Source of the DNA: Capsulimonadaceae bacterium
Lineage (GTDB): Bacteria; Armatimonadota; Armatimonadia; Armatimonadales; Capsulimonadaceae
Direction of reading: 5' to 3'
Assembly (NCBI GenBank): GCA_965215505.1
Contig: OZ244065.1
Coordinates: forward strand, 4,192,001 to 4,256,000
DNA: 64,000 nucleotides
Shown: piece after piece, positions 29,675 through 38,132 of the stretch
Position numbering within the stretch: the first letter of the stretch is position 1
Layout: each line of letters begins with the position of its first letter
The notes under the pieces: model-generated
What the model was told of the DNA's origin: nothing
Database searches by the model: none
What the model saw: only the letters and a program-made list of their open reading frames with translations
Program-made: the position numbers and the translations under genes

Positions 29675-31246
29675 ATGCGCGTGCTGGAGCGATTGGCAGG
29701 GCTGGGGATGGTCTGCGGGCTGGGAACGCTGGCGGCGGGCATGGCTTGGGGACAGGTGCCGCCCGCCCCGGCGGCACCTGCGCCGGCCTCCACGCTGATT
29801 CAGGGCGGGACAGTCATTGACGGCACGGGGGCGAAGGGCCGCGTGGAAGACGTGCGCGTGGTGGGGGAGCGCATCTCGGCCGTCGGGCGGCTCCGGCCGG
29901 TGCCCGGCGAGCGGGTCATAGACGCGCACGGGCTGGTCGTCGCGCCCGGCTTCATCGACGCCCACTCCCACGCGGACGGCGGGTTGCTGCAAGACCCGAA
30001 CGCCGACACGATGATCCGGCAGGGCATCACGACCTCCGTGGTCGGCCAGGACGGCGGCTCGCACTTCCCGCTCAAAGACTATTTCGCCCAACTCGAAAGC
30101 GCGCACGTCGCCCTGAACATCGCCTCCTTCGTCGGGCACGGGACGATGCGGCAGCAGGTGATGGGCAAGGATTACAAGCGGGCCTCGACGCCCGAAGAGA
30201 CGGCAAAGATGCAGGCGTTGGTAGCCCAGGAAATGGACTCCGGCGGGCTGGGGCTGTCTTCGGGCCTGGAATACGATCCGGGCTTCTACTCCACGACGGG
30301 CGAGCTGGAGGCGCTGTCTGAGGTGGCCGGGCGGCACGGCGGGCTGTACATCAGCCACGTCCGCGACGAGGGTGACAAGGTCTTCGACTCGTTCCGCGAG
30401 CTGATCGCCATCGGCAAGGACGGCCACATGCCGGCGCAAATTTCGCATATCAAGCTGGACACCAGCCCCGTGTGGGGCAAGGCCGGGGACGCGCTCGGGC
30501 TGATGGACGACGCCGCGAAGCGCGGGCAGGACGTGAGCGCGGACGTCTACCCCTACACCTTCTGGCAGTCCACCATCACCGTCATCATCCCGACGCGCGA
30601 CTGGACCGACCGGGCGGCCTGGACGAAGGGGCTGGCCGAGGTCGGCGGGGCCTCCCACATCCTGCTGACCAGCGACTCGGCGGACCCCGCCTGGCAGGGG
30701 AAGACCATCGCGCAGATCGCCGACATGACCCACCAGGACGCCGTCTCGGTCGTCCAGGCCATCGTCGCCCACACGCACGGGCCTCAGGCCAAGCCCGGCG
30801 CGGGCGAGAGCGTGGTGGTGACGGCGATGACCGAGGACGACGTCAAAAGGTTCGTCTCCTCGCCCCGAATCATGTTCTGCACCGACGGCAACCTGCACCC
30901 GAGCCACCCGCGCGGGGCAGGCTCGTTCCCGCGCGTCCTGGGCCGCTATGTGCGTCAGATGCACGCCCTGACATTAGAGGCGGCGATCCACAAGATGACC
31001 GACCTGCCCGCTCGGCGCTTCGGGTTCGCCCACCGGGGCCAGGTCGCGCCCGGCTTCCAGGCTGACCTCGTCCTGTTCGACCCTTTGACCGTTTTGGACA
31101 AGGCGACCACGGCCGACCCCGCTGCCCCACCGGTCGGCCTGCCGGACGTCTTCGTGAACGGCGCATTGGTGCTGGACAACGGCGCGTTCACCGGCGCACA
31201 CCCCGGCGAAGTGCTGCGGCGGCCGGTGGTGACGGCGGGGCGGTAG
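29675..31246 (+). CDS. Secreted N-acyl-D-amino-acid deacylase (amidohydrolase)
   Basis: PGFIDAHSHAD, QGITT..GQDG, SHVRDEG, ISHIK, DVYPY and HPRGAGSFPRVLG. Confidence 0.9.
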   Translation: MRVLERLAGLGMVCGLGTLAAGMAWGQVPPAPAAPAPASTLIQGGTVIDGTGAKGRVEDVRVVGERISAVGRLRPVPGERVIDAHGLVVAPGFIDAHSHADGGLLQDPNADTMIRQGITTSVVGQDGGSHFPLKDYFAQLESAHVALNIASFVGHGTMRQQVMGKDYKRASTPEETAKMQALVAQEMDSGGLGLSSGLEYDPGFYSTTGELEALSEVAGRHGGLYISHVRDEGDKVFDSFRELIAIGKDGHMPAQISHIKLDTSPVWGKAGDALGLMDDAAKRGQDVSADVYPYTFWQSTITVIIPTRDWTDRAAWTKGLAEVGGASHILLTSDSADPAWQGKTIAQIADMTHQDAVSVVQAIVAHTHGPQAKPGAGESVVVTAMTEDDVKRFVSSPRIMFCTDGNLHPSHPRGAGSFPRVLGRYVRQMHALTLEAAIHKMTDLPARRFGFAHRGQVAPGFQADLVLFDPLTVLDKATTADPAAPPVGLPDVFVNGALVLDNGAFTGAHPGEVLRRPVVTAGR

Positions 31247-31282
31247 GATTCCCCAGCCCTGCTCAGACGGAAGGGTGCCTGA

Positions 31283-32842
31283 ATGCCGCGAACGCAGCAA
31301 CAAGAAAGCGCACAAGATGGCCTGAACGAAACCACGACACAGGCGGCGCAGGAGGAGCGGGGGAAGCTGCGAAGCCATTTCGGGCGGCGCGACATCCTCT
31401 TCTACCTCATCTGCACCCTCGTCGGGATGGATACCATCGGCGCGGTCGCCAAGAACGGCGCGCAGGGGTTCACCTGGCTCGCATTTTTAGGCGTCTTCTT
31501 CTTCCTGCCCTACGGCTTGCTGACCGCCGAGCTGGGGGCCGCCTTCACCGCCGAGGGCGGGCCGTATGTCTGGACGCGGCTGGCCTTCGGGCGGCTGGCT
31601 GGGGCGATCACCGCCGTACTCTACTGGGTGTCAAACCCGATCTGGGTGGGCGGGTCACTGTGCATCACCGCCGTCACCGCCTTCGGGGACTTCGTCACGC
31701 CCCTGCACGGGGCCGCCAAGTACGCCTTCGCGCTGGCCTTCATCTGGCTGTCCGTCGGCTCCGCCGTCGTCTCGCTGAGAGTCGGCAAGTGGCTCCCGAC
31801 GGCGGGGGCCTGGGCGCGGATCGCCGTCCTGTCCTTCTTCACCTTTACCGTCGGGCTTTACGCCGCCCGGCACGGGGTCCACGGGTTCCACGGACACGAC
31901 TTCTCCCCGACTTATGCCGTCTTCATCGCCGCCGTACCCGTGCTGGTCTTCAACTACACCGGCTTCGAACTGCCCAACGCGGCGGGGGAGGAGATGCGGC
32001 ACCCGCAGCGGGACGTACCTGCGATGGTGGCCTGGTCGGCGGGGTGGACGCTGCTGCTGTACGGCCTGCCCATCCTGGCCGTCCTGCTCGTCCTGCCGGC
32101 CGGCGAGGTGACGGGCTTGGGCGGGTTCCTGGACGCGGTGAAGGCGGTCTTCACCGTCTACGGCGGGACGGTCGGGGCGGGGGGAGCGGTGACGCTGACG
32201 GGGTGGGGGAAGGCGGCGGGCGAGGTCGCCATGCTTGCCTTCCTGCTGGCGACGCTGTCGAGCGGGAGCGCGTGGCTGATGGGAGCGGACCGCATCCTGG
32301 CCGTGGCCGCCTATGACGGGGCGGGGCCGCGCGCCCTGGGCCGGTTCTCGGCCCGCTTCGGGACGCCCCTGACGGTCAACCTGATCTCGGGGGCCGTGTC
32401 CACGCTGACGATGCTGCTGGCGTTCCGGTTCTCGCACGGCAGCGCGGAGCAGTATTTCTCCGCCGCCATCGCTCTTGCGATCTCGACCGAGACGCTGGCC
32501 TACCTCGCCATCTTCCCCGCCTTCCTCCGGCTGCGCTACGTTCAGGGCGGCGCGCGCCGTCCCTACCGCGTGCCGGGCGGCCTGGCGGGTGCCTGGGTCT
32601 GCGGCGGGCTGACCACGGCGTGGGCGGGGCTGGCGACGGTCGGCCTGATCTGGCCCGGCTTCGGCATCGGCTGGTTCGGCACGGCAGGCCGGGGGGACGA
32701 CGCCCTGCCGGGCGGCTTCGCGCACCAGCGTCTGGCCTACGAGCTGATCCAGAACGTGCCGCTGGGCCTGTTCGTGCTTCTGGGCCTGCTGTTCTACCGG
32801 CTGGGCAGGCCGACTCGCGAGGAGGCCGCACCGCCGGCCTAG
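31283..32842 (+). CDS. APC-family amino acid permease
   Basis: AELG.AF..EGGPYVW.R.AFG, GFEL and multiple TM segments. Confidence 0.9.
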   Translation: MPRTQQQESAQDGLNETTTQAAQEERGKLRSHFGRRDILFYLICTLVGMDTIGAVAKNGAQGFTWLAFLGVFFFLPYGLLTAELGAAFTAEGGPYVWTRLAFGRLAGAITAVLYWVSNPIWVGGSLCITAVTAFGDFVTPLHGAAKYAFALAFIWLSVGSAVVSLRVGKWLPTAGAWARIAVLSFFTFTVGLYAARHGVHGFHGHDFSPTYAVFIAAVPVLVFNYTGFELPNAAGEEMRHPQRDVPAMVAWSAGWTLLLYGLPILAVLLVLPAGEVTGLGGFLDAVKAVFTVYGGTVGAGGAVTLTGWGKAAGEVAMLAFLLATLSSGSAWLMGADRILAVAAYDGAGPRALGRFSARFGTPLTVNLISGAVSTLTMLLAFRFSHGSAEQYFSAAIALAISTETLAYLAIFPAFLRLRYVQGGARRPYRVPGGLAGAWVCGGLTTAWAGLATVGLIWPGFGIGWFGTAGRGDDALPGGFAHQRLAYELIQNVPLGLFVLLGLLFYRLGRPTREEAAPPA

Positions 32843-32923
32843 CCTACCCCTTCAGCACCAATGTCTCTAGAGAGTGCGCCGGGCTGCTGACCTTCACCGC
32901 CTTGCGGGAGGCACGGATGGCAA

Positions 32924-34030
32924 TCAAGGTTTCACGATCCTTCGCAGCAGCGACGCCCAATGGACGCCGTAAAGGGTGAGGAACGTCAGCGCATAGTGCG
33001 CGGCGTTGCCGGCCGTCGGGCGGGGCTGGCCCGGCGTCCACTGTGTCGGGCGTGGGACTTCCGGCGGGTCGAACCGGTCAAAGTAGTGATGGCTGATGAG
33101 CCATTGGCGCGACGGGAAGACGATGCGCCACAGGGCATGGGCGCGGGCCTGGGGGCTTCCGAGCAGGTGCCAGAGCAGCGGGAGACGCAGGCGCTCGGTC
33201 CGGGCGGCGGCGACGTCCTCGATGCTGTCGGCGGCGCGCGCCTCGCTGATCCGCTCCAGGCGAGCGCGCCCGGCGCGTGGCGCGAGCGAATCCAGAACTT
33301 CGAGCGGGACGGGCGTTCCCAACAGCCGCGCCGCCGCGAACAGGGCGGCGAAGCAGGCCGTGGATGCCCCCGCCGATCCGGCGATGCGGACGAACAGCGG
33401 CCAGTCCACTGTGCTGACCGAGCAGACCTGTGCGATGTCGCGCAAGGACTGCGAGGCGGCCAGGGAGTGCCCCGCTAGGTGCAGGCAGAGGTGAAGTATC
33501 TGGTCTTCCGTCCCGAGTACCCGCCCGTCCGTTCCCGCCAGACGCGCCGGCCGGGCGCGGTCCCACAGGCCCGCGTCATCAACGTGGAACTTGCCGAAGA
33601 AGAGGTCGTTATTGATCAGCTCGGTGTGCAGCTCGACCACTATAGGGCCACGCTCCGTGTGGTTGAAAAAGTTGGCCTGACAGTCGCGGCCCCGGATGAC
33701 CTCCTCCCATTGCAGGGGATCAACGACATACCCCAGCGAATCCAGCAGCGTCCGGGCGCGGGCGGCGTCTTCTGGGCGCACCAGCACGTCCAGGTCTCCG
33801 AACCGGCGCAGGCTGGGGCGCGGGTAGACCGTCTCGGCCAGCGCCGCCCCCTTGAGGACGAGCAGGTCCAGTTTTGCCTCGGTGCAGAGACTCAGCAGAG
33901 CGGCCAGGTGCGGGCGGAAGAAAGCGAACTGGACGAGGGCCGCGACTTCCTCCAGCGCCTCTCCTTCGGGGAGGCGCTGGGCGAAGGGAAACTCCGTTCC
34001 TGTTTGGCTTGCATCAAGGGTGAGAAACAT
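32924..34030 (-). CDS. Nucleotidyltransferase family protein (type found in lasso-peptide/PqqD neighbourhoods)
   Basis: LKGAALAETVYP....R.FGDLDVLV, VELH, HLCLH and LRDI. Start position uncertain. Confidence 0.85.
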   Translation of the reverse strand: MFLTLDASQTGTEFPFAQRLPEGEALEEVAALVQFAFFRPHLAALLSLCTEAKLDLLVLKGAALAETVYPRPSLRRFGDLDVLVRPEDAARARTLLDSLGYVVDPLQWEEVIRGRDCQANFFNHTERGPIVVELHTELINNDLFFGKFHVDDAGLWDRARPARLAGTDGRVLGTEDQILHLCLHLAGHSLAASQSLRDIAQVCSVSTVDWPLFVRIAGSAGASTACFAALFAAARLLGTPVPLEVLDSLAPRAGRARLERISEARAADSIEDVAAARTERLRLPLLWHLLGSPQARAHALWRIVFPSRQWLISHHYFDRFDPPEVPRPTQWTPGQPRPTAGNAAHYALTFLTLYGVHWASLLRRIVKP

Positions 34031-34045
34031 AAAAACCCGAGAAGG

Positions 34046-34085
34046 CCCGCCGACCTTCCCCGAAAGATGAGGAAAGTCGGCAGGC
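34046..34085 (-). terminator. Stem-loop between the 34152-34916 gene and the nucleotidyltransferase
   Basis: Imperfect inverted repeat CCCGCCGACCTT...AAGTCGGCAGG, followed on the minus strand by a pyrimidine/T-rich tract. Confidence 0.4.
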
Positions 34086-34151
34086 CGCCGATTTGCGCTC
34101 CTTAGGTGAGTGCAAAAGCCTGGTTCCCGCGAACCACTTCAGCCCTGTCCT

Positions 34152-34916
34152 CTACCTGCCGGTCCGATCCACGCATTTGCCGCGCGGGCCTGGGAGGAAG
34201 CCGGCGCAGCAGGGGAGCGAGTTGTTGATGTAATTGTAGGTCTGCCCATGCGCGGCACAGGGGAGGGACACACTCGCCGGACCGACATAGAAATCGTTGC
34301 TGTTGATCCCCGTCGCCGGTGAAGAAGTGCTGCTGATGGTGGCCCGCGTGATTAGGTTGTTCACGTTCGTCTGCGCCCCGACAAAAACTGCGGTCCCGGC
34401 GGATGAGGTGTTGTCCGTCGGCCCGAAGGTGAAACTGCCTAGCGAGGTGTTCCCGTTGAAGACGGTCAGCGTGAAGGTTTCCGTGTCCGCATTGAAGTCC
34501 TGGGCGAATAGCCCGAACCCGGTGACACCGTTCTGGAAGCTGATCTGGAGAGGCCCCGTGGCCGTGGGGCTGACGGAGCCGTTGAAGAGTTCTTCCAACA
34601 CGTTCCCCGACCCGAACTGCGGGCCGACCGTCAAGTCAGAGGTGTAGCTCTGAAACCCGCCGCCCGGTGTACCGTTCGTTGCCGAATAGGTCAGGGTGTT
34701 GGTGCCCGCTGTCACTGTGAACGAGGACGGTCCGCTCGCGCCGCTCCCGGAGGTAGTGGGGTAGGGGGCCGTCTGGACAGGGCTGAACAATTGGCTTGGG
34801 CTGGTCACTATCGTGGCCTGCCCCTGTACCGCACGCCAGCCCAGGGTCGCGAAGGTGCAGAGCGCGAGCGCAGTCCATAAGGAGCTGTTGAGGCGGTTTT
34901 TGTGATGGTTGTTCAT
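34152..34916 (-). CDS. Secreted beta-rich protein (paralogue of the PEP-CTERM protein at 35877-36704) ending in a 4-Cys tail instead of an anchor
   Basis: Signal peptide. Shares GPLQI.F.NGV..FGLF.Q, FVGAQ, NLITR and DFY.GP with the PEP-CTERM protein. Tail is CAAHGQT...PCC.G..PGPRGKCVDRTGR. Confidence 0.8.
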   Translation of the reverse strand: MNNHHKNRLNSSLWTALALCTFATLGWRAVQGQATIVTSPSQLFSPVQTAPYPTTSGSGASGPSSFTVTAGTNTLTYSATNGTPGGGFQSYTSDLTVGPQFGSGNVLEELFNGSVSPTATGPLQISFQNGVTGFGLFAQDFNADTETFTLTVFNGNTSLGSFTFGPTDNTSSAGTAVFVGAQTNVNNLITRATISSTSSPATGINSNDFYVGPASVSLPCAAHGQTYNYINNSLPCCAGFLPGPRGKCVDRTGR

Positions 34917-35242
34917 GGTAATCCTTTCGAGCCAGTGCTGTTGCCTCCACTCAAGCTCCTTCGTCTCGTTTCAGTGCCGGGCTTCCACCCCGCCGTTGTC
35001 TCGCTGCCCAATCAGGACTTCATAACTTTCCTGCCATTGTACCCGATTCGTTCGCGATTTTTCTTTCACTACGCGGCGGACCCAGCCAGACGGAGGAAGA
35101 CTGAATCCGGAGGAAGATTGAGTCAGGAGGAAAACTAAATCAGGAGGAATGCGTCATGCAGGCAGGTGACGGAGTAGTAACCAGAGGCGGCCTGCCGCTT
35201 GCTCCCGGAGGCAGGGCAAATGCAACAGGCCGTCAGAACTTG

Positions 35243-35279
35243 AAAAGCCGGGGCGGCATCCCGTAAAACCGCCCCCGGC
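35243..35279 (-). terminator. Rho-independent terminator after the PqqD-fusion gene
   Basis: Minus strand reads GCCGGGGGCGG-loop-CCGCCCCGGC followed by TTTT. Confidence 0.55.
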
Positions 35280-35327
35280 AGATATGCCTCGGGAGTATGC
35301 TTACATGGCTCGGGAGTATGCTTGGGG

Positions 35328-35843
35328 TCAGCGTCCAGTCCGGTCAACACATTTGCCGCGTGGTCCGGGGGAATATCCTGAGCAGCAGGGACGTATGGTG
35401 CCTGTTGCCAGGCCGGTGTAGTCAAAGGTCTGCCCGTGTCCAGCACATCTAGTAGACGCCGCCATCGCGGGCGTCGGGGCGACCATGCTCTGGACCACCG
35501 GCAAGAGGAGGGACACACCGCCGACCAAGGCCGCCTTCTGAAGTACCTGTCTTCGCGTGACTCGTCTGGCCTCTTCCGCTCGTACCAGCGGGATTTGCAG
35601 CAGGTGTTCTTTTCCCAAACGGTCCAGCGCAAGCCAGACCATGTCCTCGGTCACCGGTGTTGCCATCTCGCCTTGCAGGGTTTCCACAAGAGCGGCCACC
35701 GTATGCCGGCCATCGCAGTGACGCCAGACCATCGCAGCGGTCCGGTTCAGACGGTGAACATGGTCACGCTGCTCATCATAAATGATGGTTTCATCACCGA
35801 TCTCCTGGACGACAAGGCGGTCCGCTCGTGCTTGTGGTTTCAT
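35328..35843 (-). CDS. PqqD/RRE-domain protein fused to an internal Tat signal and a Cys-rich C-terminal peptide (putative RiPP precursor-RRE fusion)
   Basis: Residues 1-85 show a PqqD fold (E.IIYD....H.LN.TAA.VW..CDG..TV). TRRQVL at 96-101 is followed by a hydrophobic stretch and AMA-AS, then a ~42-aa 4-Cys peptide. Confidence 0.8.
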   Translation of the reverse strand: MKPQARADRLVVQEIGDETIIYDEQRDHVHRLNRTAAMVWRHCDGRHTVAALVETLQGEMATPVTEDMVWLALDRLGKEHLLQIPLVRAEEARRVTRRQVLQKAALVGGVSLLLPVVQSMVAPTPAMAASTRCAGHGQTFDYTGLATGTIRPCCSGYSPGPRGKCVDRTGR

Positions 35844-35876
35844 TGCTTTCCTATCTCAGCACTTTCCAAATGTCGG

Positions 35877-36704
35877 CTAGCCGGCGGCCTTCTGCGCGGA
35901 CTGTCGGCCGGCGTTCACCTTACGCCGGCGCGCGGAAAGGACGACGCCGGCGAACAGCAGCGTTCCCATGCCGAAGCCCACGACGGTCGAAGCCTCCGGG
36001 ACTGGAGCCGTGAACTGGTAGCTGATGGGGCCGAAGTAGAAGTCGCCTGTCGCGGTGGTGTTGGACATGTCCGTCAGGACGACCCTGGTGATCAGGTTCC
36101 CCGCCAGGGCTTGGGCGCCGACGAACGTCGCGTTGCCCCCTTGAGTCGGCCCGGAACCGGACGTGTTGAGTACGTCCAGAGTAGAGAAACTGCCGAGTGG
36201 GATGGTGCCGTTGGGGCCGCCAAAGACGGAAAAGTTGAAGTGGTATGTGTCTGTACCAGCGGACTGTCCGAAAAGGCCGAATTCATTGACGCCATTGCTG
36301 AAGTCAATCTGGAGAGGCCCAGTCGGAGGCGCGGTCGCTTTAGACGTGTTAAAGTCGAAGGTTTCGATCAGATGTGTCGCGTAAGGAAAAGCATTCGTGT
36401 CGAGCGCCGGCAGGTTCGTGATCGGGTTGGGTTGGTTGACGAAGGTGTCGAAGGCGGTGGCACTCGCCGGCTCAGTCTGCGATGTGAACGTCACCCCCGT
36501 TCCGGGAGAATTCAGCAAGTAGCCAGAAGGGAGCGTCCCGTTGGTGGTGTCAAACTGCGGCGTCATGCTCGCCCCCGGCCCCAGCTGGGATGGCATCGTG
36601 AGCTGGGTCGCCAGTTGTGCCTGGGCCGCCCGTCCGCCTAGGGCTGTGAGGGCGCAGAGCGTGACGGCGGCGGCGAGTTGCTTGCTGTGATCGTATTTGT
36701 GCAT
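35877..36704 (-). CDS. PEP-CTERM sorting-domain surface protein
   Basis: Signal peptide ending AQA; C-terminal PVPEAST, TM helix and ARRRK. Confidence 0.88.
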   Translation of the reverse strand: MHKYDHSKQLAAAVTLCALTALGGRAAQAQLATQLTMPSQLGPGASMTPQFDTTNGTLPSGYLLNSPGTGVTFTSQTEPASATAFDTFVNQPNPITNLPALDTNAFPYATHLIETFDFNTSKATAPPTGPLQIDFSNGVNEFGLFGQSAGTDTYHFNFSVFGGPNGTIPLGSFSTLDVLNTSGSGPTQGGNATFVGAQALAGNLITRVVLTDMSNTTATGDFYFGPISYQFTAPVPEASTVVGFGMGTLLFAGVVLSARRRKVNAGRQSAQKAAG

Positions 36705-36901
36705 GGTAGTTTCTTTCAAAAGTCTTTATGGTCTACGCCCACGCCTCCAGGGGCGCGAGTGGCTGCGGGTAAACCCATGCACCATCGGCTGCACGGGTGA
36801 GAAAACGGGCAGCGCCCGAAAACTGTTATCGCTTGGGAAGCCTTCTTCACAGGTTTCGTTGCGCGGCGTCGCGGGATGTCCCCGAACGTGGGCAAAATTC
36901 T

Positions 36902-37828
36902 TTAGCGCTCTGGCCCGTCCCCGCCGGCCTCTTCCCCACATAAGCGTTCCCGCAGCCAGGCGACAACCCGGTCGGCCTCGCCCCGCTTGCTCTGGAACGC
37001 CTCGGCACCGAGGGCCGCTCTCTGAAGAATCTGCATCGCCGCCTGCGGCTGCCGGCGGACCTGGACGGTGTTGTCCAGCAGTGTCAGCATCGCCCGGCCC
37101 GGCGATTGGGGCCGGGGCCGCCAGCGCGCGCCCGCCTCGTACCGGGCCGCGAGGATCATCCCGACCGGCAGCGGCCCGGTCGCGGCCCGCCCGCCCAATG
37201 CCTCGACGGGGACCGTCTCGCCCGGCCCGCCTTCCGCGTCCCGGAGTGACAGGGGCCGGGCGTAAGGGTGGACATGGCCGCCCTCGTCGAAGACCGCATA
37301 CTCGTCGGAGAAGTATGTCGCCCCCGCCGCCGCCAGGGCCGCCACCAGGCTACTCTTCCCGCTGAAGGTACGCCCCGGAATGACCACGGCTTTCCCGCCC
37401 CACCCGACGACGCCGGCGTGGACGAAGAGACGGTCCCGCGCCTGCTCCGCCACCTGCCCGTGCAGGCCGGAGGTCAGCGCCTGGATGGCCTCGTCCGCCC
37501 TGCGCGTGTGCGCCACCCGGCAGGTCCCCCGGTACAAAAAATAGTGCGGCTCGGGATGCGCCCGCGACCGGCTCTCCACCACGGCCAGCGAGAACAGGCC
37601 GTCCACGGTCGGTGTGGGGGCAGGCTCCGCGCCGGGCGGCAGGTGATCCGTCAGACGATCGAGCAGCGCGGCGTCCGTGGCGCGGACGCCGATCCGGGCA
37701 CCGTGACTGACGAAGGCCAGCCCGGCCGCCCAGCGGAACCTCTCCAGAGCCTTCCAGCAGGGGGAGGAAGCGTCGGGCGGCTGTTCCAGCGTCGGCAGCC
37801 GCGCCCCATCTCTTTGCTCGACCGTCAC
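36902..37828 (-). CDS. HprK-related P-loop Ser/Thr kinase
   Basis: FVHAGVV, Walker A GRTFSGKSS, YFSDEYA and PY.RPL. Confidence 0.85.
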   Translation of the reverse strand: MTVEQRDGARLPTLEQPPDASSPCWKALERFRWAAGLAFVSHGARIGVRATDAALLDRLTDHLPPGAEPAPTPTVDGLFSLAVVESRSRAHPEPHYFLYRGTCRVAHTRRADEAIQALTSGLHGQVAEQARDRLFVHAGVVGWGGKAVVIPGRTFSGKSSLVAALAAAGATYFSDEYAVFDEGGHVHPYARPLSLRDAEGGPGETVPVEALGGRAATGPLPVGMILAARYEAGARWRPRPQSPGRAMLTLLDNTVQVRRQPQAAMQILQRAALGAEAFQSKRGEADRVVAWLRERLCGEEAGGDGPER

Positions 37829-38132
37829 GGACTTCTTTATCCCCGCATCTTACCCATTCCGACGGTGCGTTTTCCGCAAGGCGCGCTACAGTTCCGAACG
37901 CCACTCGCCCCGATGCCGCGAGTGCAGGCACAGAGGGTAAGGCTCCGGAAGGCGCGTCCGGCGATGGGTTTCCTTTACTCTTCACTGCACAAAGAATGCC
38001 AAAGTGAGGGAAACAGGCTAATCGGGAGAGTTTTCTTAGAAATATTTTTTCGTCCCCGATGAACGTCCCCTTTGGGCGAGGCGAAGGTAAATGGTCGCCG
38101 GTCTGGCAGCGGATTAGGTATACTGATTTGAT

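Noticed and set aside
36720-36900. Possible riboswitch (e.g. c-di-GMP) in the PEP-CTERM leader
   Set aside because: Consensus motifs could not be matched by eye; this needs an Infernal search.
32924-37828. Canonical lasso peptide cluster
   Set aside because: No asparagine-synthetase-like cyclase, transglutaminase-like B2 peptidase or lasso precursor is visible in the window.
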